Assembly (NCBI RefSeq): GCF_900199515.1 | Contig: NZ_LT963432.1 | Coordinates: 83,729-115,728 of the forward strand | Length of the DNA: 32,000 nt | From: Massilicoli timonensis | Lineage (GTDB): Bacteria > Bacillota_I > Bacilli_A > Erysipelotrichales > Erysipelotrichaceae | Direction of reading: 5' to 3' | Position numbers and translations under genes: made by a program | Notes under the pieces: model-generated | The model's input: the letters and a program-made list of their open reading frames with translations, nothing else | Database searches by the model: none | What the model was told of the DNA's origin: nothing | Shown here: one piece after another, positions 1 to 8,970 of the stretch | Position numbering within the stretch: position 1 is the stretch's first letter | Layout of the letters: every line of letters starts with the position of its first letter

Positions 1-2
1 GA

Positions 3-458
3 CAGGGATTAAAGCTCTTAGAGCATGAAGAGATCCATGTCATGAACATCGACCCCGCTTTATTGAAACAGATACCGATACAGGAGGATAAAGCGTATCT
101 CAGCGTGCCTGTCGTAACGAAGGTGCCGGCAGCGCTCATGGGTTCAGGTCTTGGCAGCGCAACGATGATGAACGGCGATTATGACATCATGACGATGGAT
201 CCGCAGGCCTGTGAACAATATCATCTCAACGATCTGAAATTCGGCGATCTCGTGCTGATCCAAGATCATGACAATTTCTATGGACCGCATTATCGAAAAG
301 GCGCGGTATCCATCGGCGTCATCGTACACAGCGATTCCTTTACCAGCGGTCATGGACCGGGCGTCGTCATCATCATGACTGCCAAAAGCGCAGTATTAAA
401 AGGACATCACGATCCAAATGCCAATATCGCAAACTGGATCGCCGATGCCTCTAAATAA
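3..458 (+). CDS. DUF4438-like protein, C-terminal fragment (5' end outside window)
   Basis: The frame is open from base 3 to the TAA at 456-458, so the listed ATG at 42 is probably internal. The tail (GDLVLIQDHDNFYGPHYRKGAVSIGVIVHSDSFTSGHGPGVVIIM) resembles what I recall of the DUF4438 family. A hairpin plus T-run terminator follows. Confidence 0.5.
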   Translation, partial: QGLKLLEHEEIHVMNIDPALLKQIPIQEDKAYLSVPVVTKVPAALMGSGLGSATMMNGDYDIMTMDPQACEQYHLNDLKFGDLVLIQDHDNFYGPHYRKGAVSIGVIVHSDSFTSGHGPGVVIIMTAKSAVLKGHHDPNANIANWIADASK

Positions 459-464
459 ACAAAA

Positions 465-503
465 ACGCGTATTGTCCTTGCATGCAGACAAAGCGCGTTT
501 TTC
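465..503 (+). terminator. Rho-independent terminator after the DUF4438-like gene
   Basis: acgcgtattgtc (465-476) pairs with gacaaagcgcgt (487-498) at 10 of 12 positions, followed by tttttcctttt. Confidence 0.6.
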
Positions 504-518
504 CTTTTCTTTTGCAAT

Positions 519-551
519 AAAAAGTCATCTGTCCAAAACAGATGACCGTTT
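519..551. terminator. Bidirectional terminator hairpin between convergent genes
   Basis: Perfect 9-bp stem gtcatctgt (524-532) / acagatgac (538-546). It is flanked by an A-run on the left and cgttttttt on the right, so it can terminate the minus-strand BI-1 gene and plus-strand read-through. Confidence 0.65.
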
Positions 552-553
552 TT

Positions 554-1264
554 TTAATCGTTGCGGTTGCCTAAGATCGTCAAGATCCGCAAGAACAAGT
601 TAATGAAATCCAGATACAGTTCAAAAGCCGAATACAAAGCCAAATGCTTCAGCATTTCCCCATCACCGACATAACGGTAATAGTTATTTTTTAATTTCTG
701 CACATCATAAGCCGTAAGTCCGGTAAAGATCAAGATACTGATGCCGGAAAGCATCATGATATAGCGATCCAGATCCAAAAAGAAGATACCGATCACTTCT
801 ACTAAGATCAAAACGATCAATCCGGTAAAGCAGATCGTTCCAAGCTTTGTCAGATCCGCCTTCGTCGTAAAGCCGATCATCGTCAATGAGCCGAAATAAA
901 CCGCCGTTACGCCAAACGCAAAGAAGATCGTTCCCGCGTCATAAGCATAGCCCAGTGTAGAAAAAGTAAAGCCGGTGATCGCACAGTACACGGCAAACAA
1001 CACCATTGCACTGGTGTAATTCATGTTATATAAATTTTTGCTGAAGGCGATGACCACACCAAATTCGATCAAGATCAGAAATAAGTAAGAGAAGCTGCCC
1101 ATCGACAACAACGCTCTCAACGCAAATCCGCTCTCATAGCAGAAAAAAGCGATCACTGCCGTAATCAGCAGTCCAAGCCCCATGATCGAAAATGTCTTCA
1201 TGGCATGTTTTTGCAAGGACAATCCCTGATTTTGATTTTGAATAGCAGAATTCTGTTCAAACAT
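554..1264 (-). CDS. Bax inhibitor-1 / YccA family integral membrane protein
   Basis: Multi-TM protein with the family C-terminal signature (TAYDVQKLK ... ALYSAFELYLDFINLFLRIL). I prefer the start at ATG 1264 (MFEQNS), preceded by aaaaggaggaatacgt; the longer listed ORF (to 1297) lacks an SD. Confidence 0.85.
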   Translation of the reverse strand: MFEQNSAIQNQNQGLSLQKHAMKTFSIMGLGLLITAVIAFFCYESGFALRALLSMGSFSYLFLILIEFGVVIAFSKNLYNMNYTSAMVLFAVYCAITGFTFSTLGYAYDAGTIFFAFGVTAVYFGSLTMIGFTTKADLTKLGTICFTGLIVLILVEVIGIFFLDLDRYIMMLSGISILIFTGLTAYDVQKLKNNYYRYVGDGEMLKHLALYSAFELYLDFINLFLRILTILGNRND

Positions 1265-1431
1265 ACGTATTCCTCCTTTTCCTATAGTATACCCCAATTT
1301 CGCTTATTTGGAAACACCTTTGCGAAAAACGTGCCTTCCCTGTTTCAGCGAACAGCATTTGCACTTGTCAAGATCGAAAAAGAGCGATGGTTTTTATAAG
1401 CCATCGTCCTTTCTTATATCTACTATTTATA

Positions 1432-2637
1432 TCAGCGTGCCTGTATCTTGGCATGGAAGCCATGTGCGAAGAGGGTGTCTAACAGCTGGCCGATATGTGC
1501 TTCACTGGTGGTTTCGATCATACAGCGCACGGTACAGATGCCGCTTAACATATCATCAGAATAACGATTGTGATCGACACTTACGACATTGGCGCCCGAC
1601 GTGCTGATCAAGTGCAGCAGCTTGCTTAAATTGCCCGGTTTATCGACTAACGGCACATCTAAGATGACTTTTCTTCCGGTCTTCATCAATCCCAGATCGA
1701 TGATCTTGGATAAAAAGTTCACGTCGATATTGCCGCCGGACAATACGGCTACACAATTTTTACCATGCAGATCCAGTTTTTCAAACATCGCTGCCGCAAC
1801 TGAAACCGCACCGGCTCCTTCTGCCACCATCTTCATTTTTTCTAACAGCGTCAATATGCCGGCCGCGATCTCATCTTCACTTACCGTAATGATGCCATCC
1901 AAATAGGTTTTACAAACTGCCAAGGTCTGATCGCCCGGCGCCTTCACCGCAATGCCATCGGCAATCGTAGCCGCATTTTCCAGCTTTACGATCTGTCCTG
2001 CCGCAAGTGATGCCTGCATGCTGGCAGCGCTGCCTGCTTCCACACCATACACCTTGCAATCCGGTTTGATATGCTTCATCGCATAAGCGATACCGGAAAC
2101 CAAGCCGCCTCCGCCCACCGGCACCAGCACGACATCGACATCCGGCATGCGTTCATAGATCTCCAAAGCGATCGTACCCTGTCCTGCCATGATATAGGGA
2201 TCGTTGAACGGTTCGATAAAAACCGCATCGGTCAGGGTCTGTAAGTTTTTCGCATATTCATAAGCGTCATTGAACGTATCTCCCTGCAGCTCCACCTTGA
2301 CACCGTAGCTGCGCGTCGCTTCGATCTTGGAAAGCGGCGCGGTCTTAGGCATGACGATCGTCCCCTTGATGCCCATTTCTTTGCACGCATAGGCGACGCC
2401 CTGCGCATGATTGCCGGCACTGGCTGCGATCACACCGCGTTTTTTCTGCTCCTCGCTTAGCTTCGATAAGCGATAATAGGCGCCCCTTAGCTTAAATGCC
2501 CCGGTCAATTGCAGGCTTTCCGCCTTGATCCATAAATGTTCCTGAATTTTATCCGCCCGCACCAGCGGCGTACGGCTGATGATCGGCTGCAATACACGCT
2601 GTGCTTCTTCGATCAGTTCCATTGTCAGTGTTGTCAT
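1432..2637 (-). CDS. ilvA: Threonine ammonia-lyase (PLP-dependent threonine dehydratase) with C-terminal ACT-like domain
   Basis: PLP-lysine motif SLQLTGAFKLRGA, glycine loop VPVGGGGLVSG, and a C-terminal regulatory domain of about 80 aa. Start chosen at ATG 2637 (MTTLTMELIEEA), preceded by gaggagtgaaatt. Confidence 0.85.
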   Translation of the reverse strand: MTTLTMELIEEAQRVLQPIISRTPLVRADKIQEHLWIKAESLQLTGAFKLRGAYYRLSKLSEEQKKRGVIAASAGNHAQGVAYACKEMGIKGTIVMPKTAPLSKIEATRSYGVKVELQGDTFNDAYEYAKNLQTLTDAVFIEPFNDPYIMAGQGTIALEIYERMPDVDVVLVPVGGGGLVSGIAYAMKHIKPDCKVYGVEAGSAASMQASLAAGQIVKLENAATIADGIAVKAPGDQTLAVCKTYLDGIITVSEDEIAAGILTLLEKMKMVAEGAGAVSVAAAMFEKLDLHGKNCVAVLSGGNIDVNFLSKIIDLGLMKTGRKVILDVPLVDKPGNLSKLLHLISTSGANVVSVDHNRYSDDMLSGICTVRCMIETTSEAHIGQLLDTLFAHGFHAKIQAR

Positions 2638-2734
2638 AATTTCACTCCTCATCCTGCATCTATTGTAGCGCATTTTGATCGAAATGAAAATGTGAAATCA
2701 ATTGAAATGAGCAAAAGAGAACGCCTTTTTTCTT

Positions 2735-3790
2735 TTACAGCGTTTTGGTGATGTAGTGCTTCATAGAACCATTGACCGCCCTTGTAAGATCACGTCCGCG
2801 ACACACTGCCATCCGATAGGCGATCACCTGTGCAGCCGTAATATATTCGATCGGCGCAAAGGTGCGGTTTGCCGCCTGAAAATATAAATCATGCGAATCA
2901 CTTGCCAGATCGCCGATCACCGCGCAGAAACCGATTTCTTTTTTCAAAAAACGGGCGATCGCTTTGACTTTTTCTTCATCTTCTCCGCTCTTGCCAAACA
3001 GGAAAAAGCCGATTTCCGATGAAAAGGCGTTCTGCGGTCCATGGATCATCTCCTCTAACTCATAGCTGCGCGTTACGATCGGCACCATTTCCATCGCTTT
3101 GATATCCGCTTCCATGCAAACCGGATACAGATCGCCTGCTCCGCCATACATCAGCGCGCTTTTTCGCATCAAAGAAAACTGATGCGCATCAAACCACGCC
3201 ATCGCCTCTTCACGACGCTGATCCAGATTGCCGATCGTATCGCGCAGTTTTTTTTCATAACCGTCTGCCTGCTTTGCGCTGATCGTGCCATTTGCCTCAG
3301 CAAGCGCGATGCCCATTAACCAAAGCGTTGTTACGGTCGCTGCATAACCGATCGTACGGTAAATAAATTCTTCCTTTTCACTGCCCATTTCCAGTGCCAC
3401 ATCCGCCAAAGCGGCAATCGGTGCCTGCACATCCTCACAGATCGCACAGTTTAATAAATGCGCATCCTTTACTTTGCGCAAGCCTTCATATACAAGCCGC
3501 GTGCTGCCGCCCTGTGAAATAAAGACATAGAGCGCATCTTTCTTTAATTCCTCATAGTTGTAATGCAGAAATACGTTTGGATAATAGAAACGCACCCGAT
3601 AGCCCAGCTTTTCTAAAAAGATCCGTGCCGTAAAAGCACTGTTGTAAGAAGTGCCGCTTGCCACAAACACCAGATCTCGACATTCTTTTGGCACATACGC
3701 TCCTAACTCTTGAAAACGTGACGCACGCTGATCCACGATCTTCGTCAAAAGGGAAGGGATCCGCTCAATACAATTTAGTAATGTTGTCAT
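2735..3790 (-). CDS. Double-SIS-domain sugar-phosphate isomerase/deaminase-like protein (GlmS isomerase-half / FrlB / AgaS type)
   Basis: VFVASGTSYNSA (the SIS SGTS motif) and a second-half motif EADIKAMEM...ELEEMIHGPQNAF resembling the GlmS E..K..E....E.KHGP signature. There is no N-terminal amidotransferase domain. Confidence 0.7.
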   Translation of the reverse strand: MTTLLNCIERIPSLLTKIVDQRASRFQELGAYVPKECRDLVFVASGTSYNSAFTARIFLEKLGYRVRFYYPNVFLHYNYEELKKDALYVFISQGGSTRLVYEGLRKVKDAHLLNCAICEDVQAPIAALADVALEMGSEKEEFIYRTIGYAATVTTLWLMGIALAEANGTISAKQADGYEKKLRDTIGNLDQRREEAMAWFDAHQFSLMRKSALMYGGAGDLYPVCMEADIKAMEMVPIVTRSYELEEMIHGPQNAFSSEIGFFLFGKSGEDEEKVKAIARFLKKEIGFCAVIGDLASDSHDLYFQAANRTFAPIEYITAAQVIAYRMAVCRGRDLTRAVNGSMKHYITKTL

Positions 3791-3856
3791 AACAATTCCT
3801 CCGATCCCCTTTAGTATATAACGAATGCGTGTAAAAGAAAATAGCGGTCAGTTATT

Positions 3857-5164
3857 TTAACCATGCGGGAGCGGTACTTCCCGATACTGCAGCAGTTCGC
3901 TTACCGTTACAAACTGATAGCCTTCCTCTTTTAACTGGGAAAGGATCGCCTTCAGTGCTTCGACAGTGCTGGGATACATATCGTGCATCAGGATAATATC
4001 GCCATCTCTTACCTCCTTCAGCACTCTGGAAGTGATCTGCTGTGCATCGCGCAGCTTCCAGTCCTGTGTATCCACGCTCCACCCCGCATAAAGCAGATCG
4101 TTTTCACTCATACAGGCATCTACGACATCATTATGACTGCCATAAGGAGGTCGAAGCAGTTTGGGCGCTTTGCCGGTTATCGCCTGCAATGCCGCTTGTG
4201 ATCTGGTGATTTCTTCTTCGATCGCACTTCTCGATAAAGTCGTTAATTGCTTATGCGAATACGTGTGATTGCCGATCTCACTGCCCTCTAAGATCATACG
4301 CTGCAACAGTTCCGGCGCCAGATTGGCACGGCTGCCCAGAATAAAGAATGTCGCACAGGCCTGTTCCTCTTGCAATACATCGAGGATCGCACCGGTATAG
4401 CGCGGCAGCGGTCCATCATCAAAAGTGATCGCCACCATCGGTTTATCCGGATCGATCAAGCGCAGCGGCTCATTCAAAACATCATCATACGGCACGATCG
4501 TCTGCACCGTTTCCTTTTCCATCGTTTCATCGATCATCTCATAACCCAAACAAACCTGCACGGCAAAAGGATAAAGCATATCCTGATCAAAATACAGCTT
4601 CAGCTGATCCTTTTTCAAAACAAAACAGGCAAAATTCTGCGGCAGTGTTTCCGAACCGATCGAAAAAGCGAGACTGTCGCTTTGCTCCGGATAACGGTTA
4701 CGCAGCTGTTCTCTGCTTAACTGTGCGATTTTCGCAAAGCCGCTTTCGCCAAATACATCCTCCAGATCAAAAAAATCACTTTGTTTCAAATCATAATGAA
4801 TCGCGTGATAAGTCGTTTTGCTTGTATCATCAAAGCGCGTTTCCACCTGATATAAAATCGAAATATAGCGTTCTTCCTTCAAATACGATTTCCAGTCGAT
4901 CGTCAGCTCCGCATTTTCTGCCTGTTTCGCCTCCTTGATAAAGTCCTTTTTTAGCTGTTTGACCAGCTGCTCGCTTTTGTCATTGATCGCTTCGATCTCA
5001 CAGTGGATGCTGTGGATATAATAATGATAATGTTCTCCTTTTCCGATATCCGCCGCACTCTCGCCGTATTCATGGATCGGATCACTGTTCTGCTTCACTT
5101 CATAGCGGACACAGCCGCAAAGAAACAGCATACAAAAAAGACAGATCCGCGCTTTTTTCCCCAT
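3857..5164 (-). CDS. Polysaccharide deacetylase (NodB homology) lipoprotein, PdaC-like architecture
   Basis: Signal peptide with a lipobox-like LFLCGC. The C-terminal NodB motifs are ITFDDGP, HTYSH and LRPPYG. The N-terminal region of about 220 aa looks like the DUF3298/DUF4163-type module found in PdaC/RsiV-like proteins (from memory). Confidence 0.75.
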   Translation of the reverse strand: MGKKARICLFCMLFLCGCVRYEVKQNSDPIHEYGESAADIGKGEHYHYYIHSIHCEIEAINDKSEQLVKQLKKDFIKEAKQAENAELTIDWKSYLKEERYISILYQVETRFDDTSKTTYHAIHYDLKQSDFFDLEDVFGESGFAKIAQLSREQLRNRYPEQSDSLAFSIGSETLPQNFACFVLKKDQLKLYFDQDMLYPFAVQVCLGYEMIDETMEKETVQTIVPYDDVLNEPLRLIDPDKPMVAITFDDGPLPRYTGAILDVLQEEQACATFFILGSRANLAPELLQRMILEGSEIGNHTYSHKQLTTLSRSAIEEEITRSQAALQAITGKAPKLLRPPYGSHNDVVDACMSENDLLYAGWSVDTQDWKLRDAQQITSRVLKEVRDGDIILMHDMYPSTVEALKAILSQLKEEGYQFVTVSELLQYREVPLPHG

Positions 5165-5230
5165 TTGATCACCTTTATGCTAAAGCATATGAACAAAGAT
5201 GCGCTTTTCATGTATCAAAGTGAAAAAAAT

Positions 5231-5259
5231 TTGTATTTCTCGGTCATTTGTTTTATCAT
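5231..5259 (+). promoter_or_regulatory. Putative sigma-A promoter of typA
   Basis: TTGTAT (5231-5236), a 17-nt spacer, then TATCAT (5254-5259), about 30 nt upstream of the typA RBS aaaggtgg. Confidence 0.4.
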
Positions 5260-5290
5260 AGTATCGGTATTTTATAAAGGTGGAATCAAT

Positions 5291-7129
5291 ATGAATGAAA
5301 AACAGAAAATGATCAATTTAGCCGTGATCGCCCATGTCGATGCCGGCAAATCAACCTTGGTAGACGCTTTCTTACGGCAAAGCGATGTCTTTCGCGCCGG
5401 TGAGGAAGTCGTGGAATGCGTAATGGACAGCAATGATCTGGAACGAGAACGCGGCATCACGATCTACTCAAAAAACTGCTCGATCACCCATGACGGCGTG
5501 AAGATCAATATCGTCGATACACCGGGACATGCGGATTTCTCCAGCGAAGTGGAACGTATCATCAAGACCGTAGATACGGTGATCCTATTGGTCGATTCCA
5601 GTGAAGGGCCGATGCCGCAGACCCGCTTTGTATTAAGCAAGGCGTTAGAGCTGGGGTTAAAGCCAATCTTGCTTATCAATAAGATCGATAAAAAAGATGC
5701 CCGGCCAAATGAAGTGGTCGATGAAGTATATGAACTGTTTTTAGAGTTAAACGCAACCGATGAACAGCTGGACTTTCCGATCCTTTACGGCATCGCCAGA
5801 GAAGGCATCGTACAGTATGATCTGGATACGCCAAGCAATAACATCGAACCCTTATTTAAGACGATCCTCAAACATACGCCATGTTATCCGGATAAAGATG
5901 AAGAAGCGCTGCAGGTACAGATCTCCGCGCTTGCCTATGACAATTTCATCGGCCGTCTGGGCATCGGGCGGGTTTACAGCGGTATTTTGAAGGAAGGCAT
6001 GTCCGTTGCCATCTGTGATGATGAAGGGCATGTACGCAATAAAGCGATCTCACAGCTCTTTGTTTATCAGGGACTAAAGCGGGTAGCCGTCAAAGAAGCA
6101 CACAGCGGCGACATCGTCGTCATTGCCGGCATTGCCGATATTTCGATCGGAGAAACGCTTTGTATGCCGGATCAGATCTTGCCGATGCCTTCGATCAAGA
6201 TCGAAGAACCGACACTTTCGATGAATTTCATCGTCAATAAATCACCGTTTGCGGGCCAGTCCGGCAAATATGTAACATCCCGCAACTTAAAAGAACGGCT
6301 GGAAAAAGAACTGGAAGTCAATGTCGGATTAAAAGTGGAAGCAACCGACAGTGCAGACTGCTTTAAGGTAAGCGGACGCGGCGAGCTGCACATTTCCATC
6401 TTATTGGAAAATATGCGCAGAGAAGGCTATGAGGTAGCCGTTTCCAAGCCGGAGGTCATCCTGCATAAAGATGAAAAGGGACATACCGTGGAACCGGTAG
6501 AAGAAGTGATCGCTTTATCGCCGAGCACCTACAGCGGCACGATCATCGCAAAGCTGAACTTACGCAAAGGGGTCATGGTCGATATGGACGATGACGGCAG
6601 CTATTGCAAGATCACTTATCATGTGCCGACCAGAGGACTGCTTGGTTATCGCAGCGAATTTATCAATGATACAAGAGGAGAAGGCACGCTGGTATGCCGC
6701 CTGATCGGTTATGAGGAATACAAGGGTGAGATCCCGCAGCGCACCAACGGCGCTATGATTTCAACCGATACCGGCTCTGCCATGACGTATGCCTTATGGA
6801 ATTTACAAGAGCGCGGTACCTTGTTCATTTCACCGCAGACCGAAGTATATGAAGGCATGATCATCGGAGTGAGCGCCCGCAATGTCGATATGGACGTCAA
6901 TCCGCTCAAAAATAAAAAATTGACCGCGATCCGTTCCAGCGGCAATGACGAGGCGATGCGTTTAACGCCGCCAAAGATCATGACCTTGGAAGAAGCGTTG
7001 GAATTCATCAATGACGATGAACTGGTGGAAATCACTCCGGATACGATCCGCCTGCGCAAAAAAGGACTGACCCCGCAGGAACGCCGTCAATATTATCGTG
7101 AAAAGATGAATGCAGAAGAACTAAAATAG
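5291..7129 (+). CDS. typA: Translational GTPase TypA/BipA
   Basis: G motifs [17 protein letters not shown] and NKID, with EF-G-like domain order and a BipA-type C-terminus. Start at ATG 5291 ([17 protein letters not shown]), preceded by aaaggtggaatcaat. The 96 extra N-terminal codons of the listed ORF overlap the opposite-strand deacetylase gene and were discarded. Confidence 0.9.
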   Translation: MNEKQKMINLAVIAHVDAGKSTLVDAFLRQSDVFRAGEEVVECVMDSNDLERERGITIYSKNCSITHDGVKINIVDTPGHADFSSEVERIIKTVDTVILLVDSSEGPMPQTRFVLSKALELGLKPILLINKIDKKDARPNEVVDEVYELFLELNATDEQLDFPILYGIAREGIVQYDLDTPSNNIEPLFKTILKHTPCYPDKDEEALQVQISALAYDNFIGRLGIGRVYSGILKEGMSVAICDDEGHVRNKAISQLFVYQGLKRVAVKEAHSGDIVVIAGIADISIGETLCMPDQILPMPSIKIEEPTLSMNFIVNKSPFAGQSGKYVTSRNLKERLEKELEVNVGLKVEATDSADCFKVSGRGELHISILLENMRREGYEVAVSKPEVILHKDEKGHTVEPVEEVIALSPSTYSGTIIAKLNLRKGVMVDMDDDGSYCKITYHVPTRGLLGYRSEFINDTRGEGTLVCRLIGYEEYKGEIPQRTNGAMISTDTGSAMTYALWNLQERGTLFISPQTEVYEGMIIGVSARNVDMDVNPLKNKKLTAIRSSGNDEAMRLTPPKIMTLEEALEFINDDELVEITPDTIRLRKKGLTPQERRQYYREKMNAEELK

Positions 7130-7152
7130 AGGCGCAAGCAGCGCCTCTTTTT
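7129..7152 (+). terminator. typA terminator
   Basis: Stem gaggcgc (7129-7135) / gcgcctc (7141-7147) with loop aagca, followed by ttttt. Confidence 0.7.
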
Positions 7153-8970
7153 CTATGCTTCATAATAATGCGCCTGCGCATGCCACAAGCGATGGTAAAG
7201 CCCCATTTTTTCCAACAGCTCCGCATGGGTGCCGCTTTCTACGATCTCCCCTTGATCAAACACATAGATGTGTTTTGCCATACGGCAGCTGCTCATACGA
7301 TGCGAGATCATGATGCTCGTCTTATCTTTTGCCAGCATTTCCAATCGATGATAGATCTCATATTCCGAAAGTGGATCCAAAGCGGCAGTCGGCTCATCTA
7401 ATACGATGAAATCACGATCATAATAAAGCGCTCTGGCAATCGCCAATTTCTGTTCTTCCCCTCCGGAAAGATCTACTCCTTCCGACTCCTCCTTACTAAG
7501 CGAGGTCGCCAAACCTTTTTCTAATTCCCGCATGCGTTTTTTTAACCCCGCACGTTCCAACTGTTCCCAAGCCTTCTCTTCATCTACCTGCAACCCCCCG
7601 GCAATATTTTCTTTGATCGGGAAGGGAAACAGCTGAAAATCCTGAAAGACACTGGAAAAAAGCGACCAGTAGGCATTTAGATCATAGCTTTGCAAAGGCT
7701 TGCCGTTTAATAAGATCACACCACTGCTTGGCTCATATAAGCGAAGCAGCAGTTTGATCAAAGTCGTCTTGCCGGCGCCGTTCATGCCGACAAAAGCCAA
7801 ATGATCCCCGCGTTCGATGCGCATCGAAACATGCTTTAATACCGGCTGATCCTGATGAGGATAGCAGAAACTCACATCTTTTAATTCCAATGATGTAAAA
7901 ACAAGTGATTCCTGTTTCTTACCAGCCTGCTGAGCCGGCAAGTGCAGATAGGTCGCATACGCCTGAAAATAGCGGGCACGCAGCTGCATGCTCATGATCG
8001 AGGAAAGCCATGTGCGCAAAGCACTTGATAATTGCACGATCGCACCGCTGTAACGCATCAGTTCCCCATAAGTGATCGTCTTTGCCATAAAGCGCACCAG
8101 CACGACTCCGGCAAAAAATAGATTCATGCTCTGTGCAACAAGCTGTTCCAAACCGCCGATCACCCCAAAACGCTTTGCATAGTGATAAAACAGATTCATT
8201 AACTGATCCGCTTCTTTTCTGATGCGGCGGCTCAGCATGCCTTCCATATGATATAAACGAATATCCTTTCCCACTTGATAATCACTGCTGCAGATCTGGG
8301 AATAGTAGGCAAAGCGGCGATTACCCGCCACATTATCATAAAACTGATGCGTCAGCTCTTCATTTTTTCGTTTCATCAAAGCGATATTACAAAGCAGTAC
8401 GACAGCAAACAGTACGATAAAGACAACCGGCAGATAAGCAGAATGGGCAAATTGAATCAGTGCGTTTCCCACTACGCTTTGCTTTTTTAGCATCATTACC
8501 AAGATCACAAGCGACTGGATGATCACAGCGCTGCTCTTGATAAATTCCTGCATATAATGTAAAAACCATTCGATGCCGCCACTGCCGTTTTGTCCTTCCC
8601 GCGCCTGCTGTAAATGATCTAAGGTCGCAGGATCCTCCAACAGCTCATAGCGCAGATCCAGCGTATGCTTTAAGATTGTTTCTTCGATCTCATATTGCAG
8701 GCGTGTTTTCATGGTTGTCGTCTGCTTTTCTAAATATGCGAGCAGCACCATCATGATAAAGGAAAGAAGCAGCAGGCTCCCTGCTAAGACAAGCGCCTTT
8801 TGTTCATTTTTTTCAAGAAATAAAGCATCTAATAGAAACGAGCTGAGCAAAAGGGATGCAAACGGCGCAATTGCGTTCAAAATGCCGTTTAACAGGGTAA
8901 GTGGGATACAGGAAGGCGAAACACGGTGAATCATCCGACAAGTTTCCATAAAGGCTCTGCTTTTTTTCAT
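7153..8970 (-). CDS. ABC exporter, fused permease/ATP-binding subunit (downstream partner)
   Basis: N-terminal multi-TM domain plus Walker A GMNGAGKTT, signature LSGGEEQK, Walker B FIVLDEPTAALD and H-loop ISHRM. Its ATG overlaps the upstream partner's stop as ATGA (8967-8970). Confidence 0.85.
   Translation of the reverse strand: MKKSRAFMETCRMIHRVSPSCIPLTLLNGILNAIAPFASLLLSSFLLDALFLEKNEQKALVLAGSLLLLSFIMMVLLAYLEKQTTTMKTRLQYEIEETILKHTLDLRYELLEDPATLDHLQQAREGQNGSGGIEWFLHYMQEFIKSSAVIIQSLVILVMMLKKQSVVGNALIQFAHSAYLPVVFIVLFAVVLLCNIALMKRKNEELTHQFYDNVAGNRRFAYYSQICSSDYQVGKDIRLYHMEGMLSRRIRKEADQLMNLFYHYAKRFGVIGGLEQLVAQSMNLFFAGVVLVRFMAKTITYGELMRYSGAIVQLSSALRTWLSSIMSMQLRARYFQAYATYLHLPAQQAGKKQESLVFTSLELKDVSFCYPHQDQPVLKHVSMRIERGDHLAFVGMNGAGKTTLIKLLLRLYEPSSGVILLNGKPLQSYDLNAYWSLFSSVFQDFQLFPFPIKENIAGGLQVDEEKAWEQLERAGLKKRMRELEKGLATSLSKEESEGVDLSGGEEQKLAIARALYYDRDFIVLDEPTAALDPLSEYEIYHRLEMLAKDKTSIMISHRMSSCRMAKHIYVFDQGEIVESGTHAELLEKMGLYHRLWHAQAHYYEA

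Noticed and set aside
2638-2734. A possible T-box, riboswitch or attenuator leader upstream of ilvA.
   Set aside because: The best promoter (TACAAT at 2662-2667, minus strand) leaves a leader of only about 18 nt. That leaves no room for a specifier or antiterminator structure.
5003-5290. A 96-codon N-terminal extension of the typA ORF as listed in the ORF track.
   Set aside because: The extension overlaps the 5' end of the opposite-strand deacetylase gene and the intergenic promoter. The conserved GTPase N-terminus starts at ATG 5291, which has a good SD.
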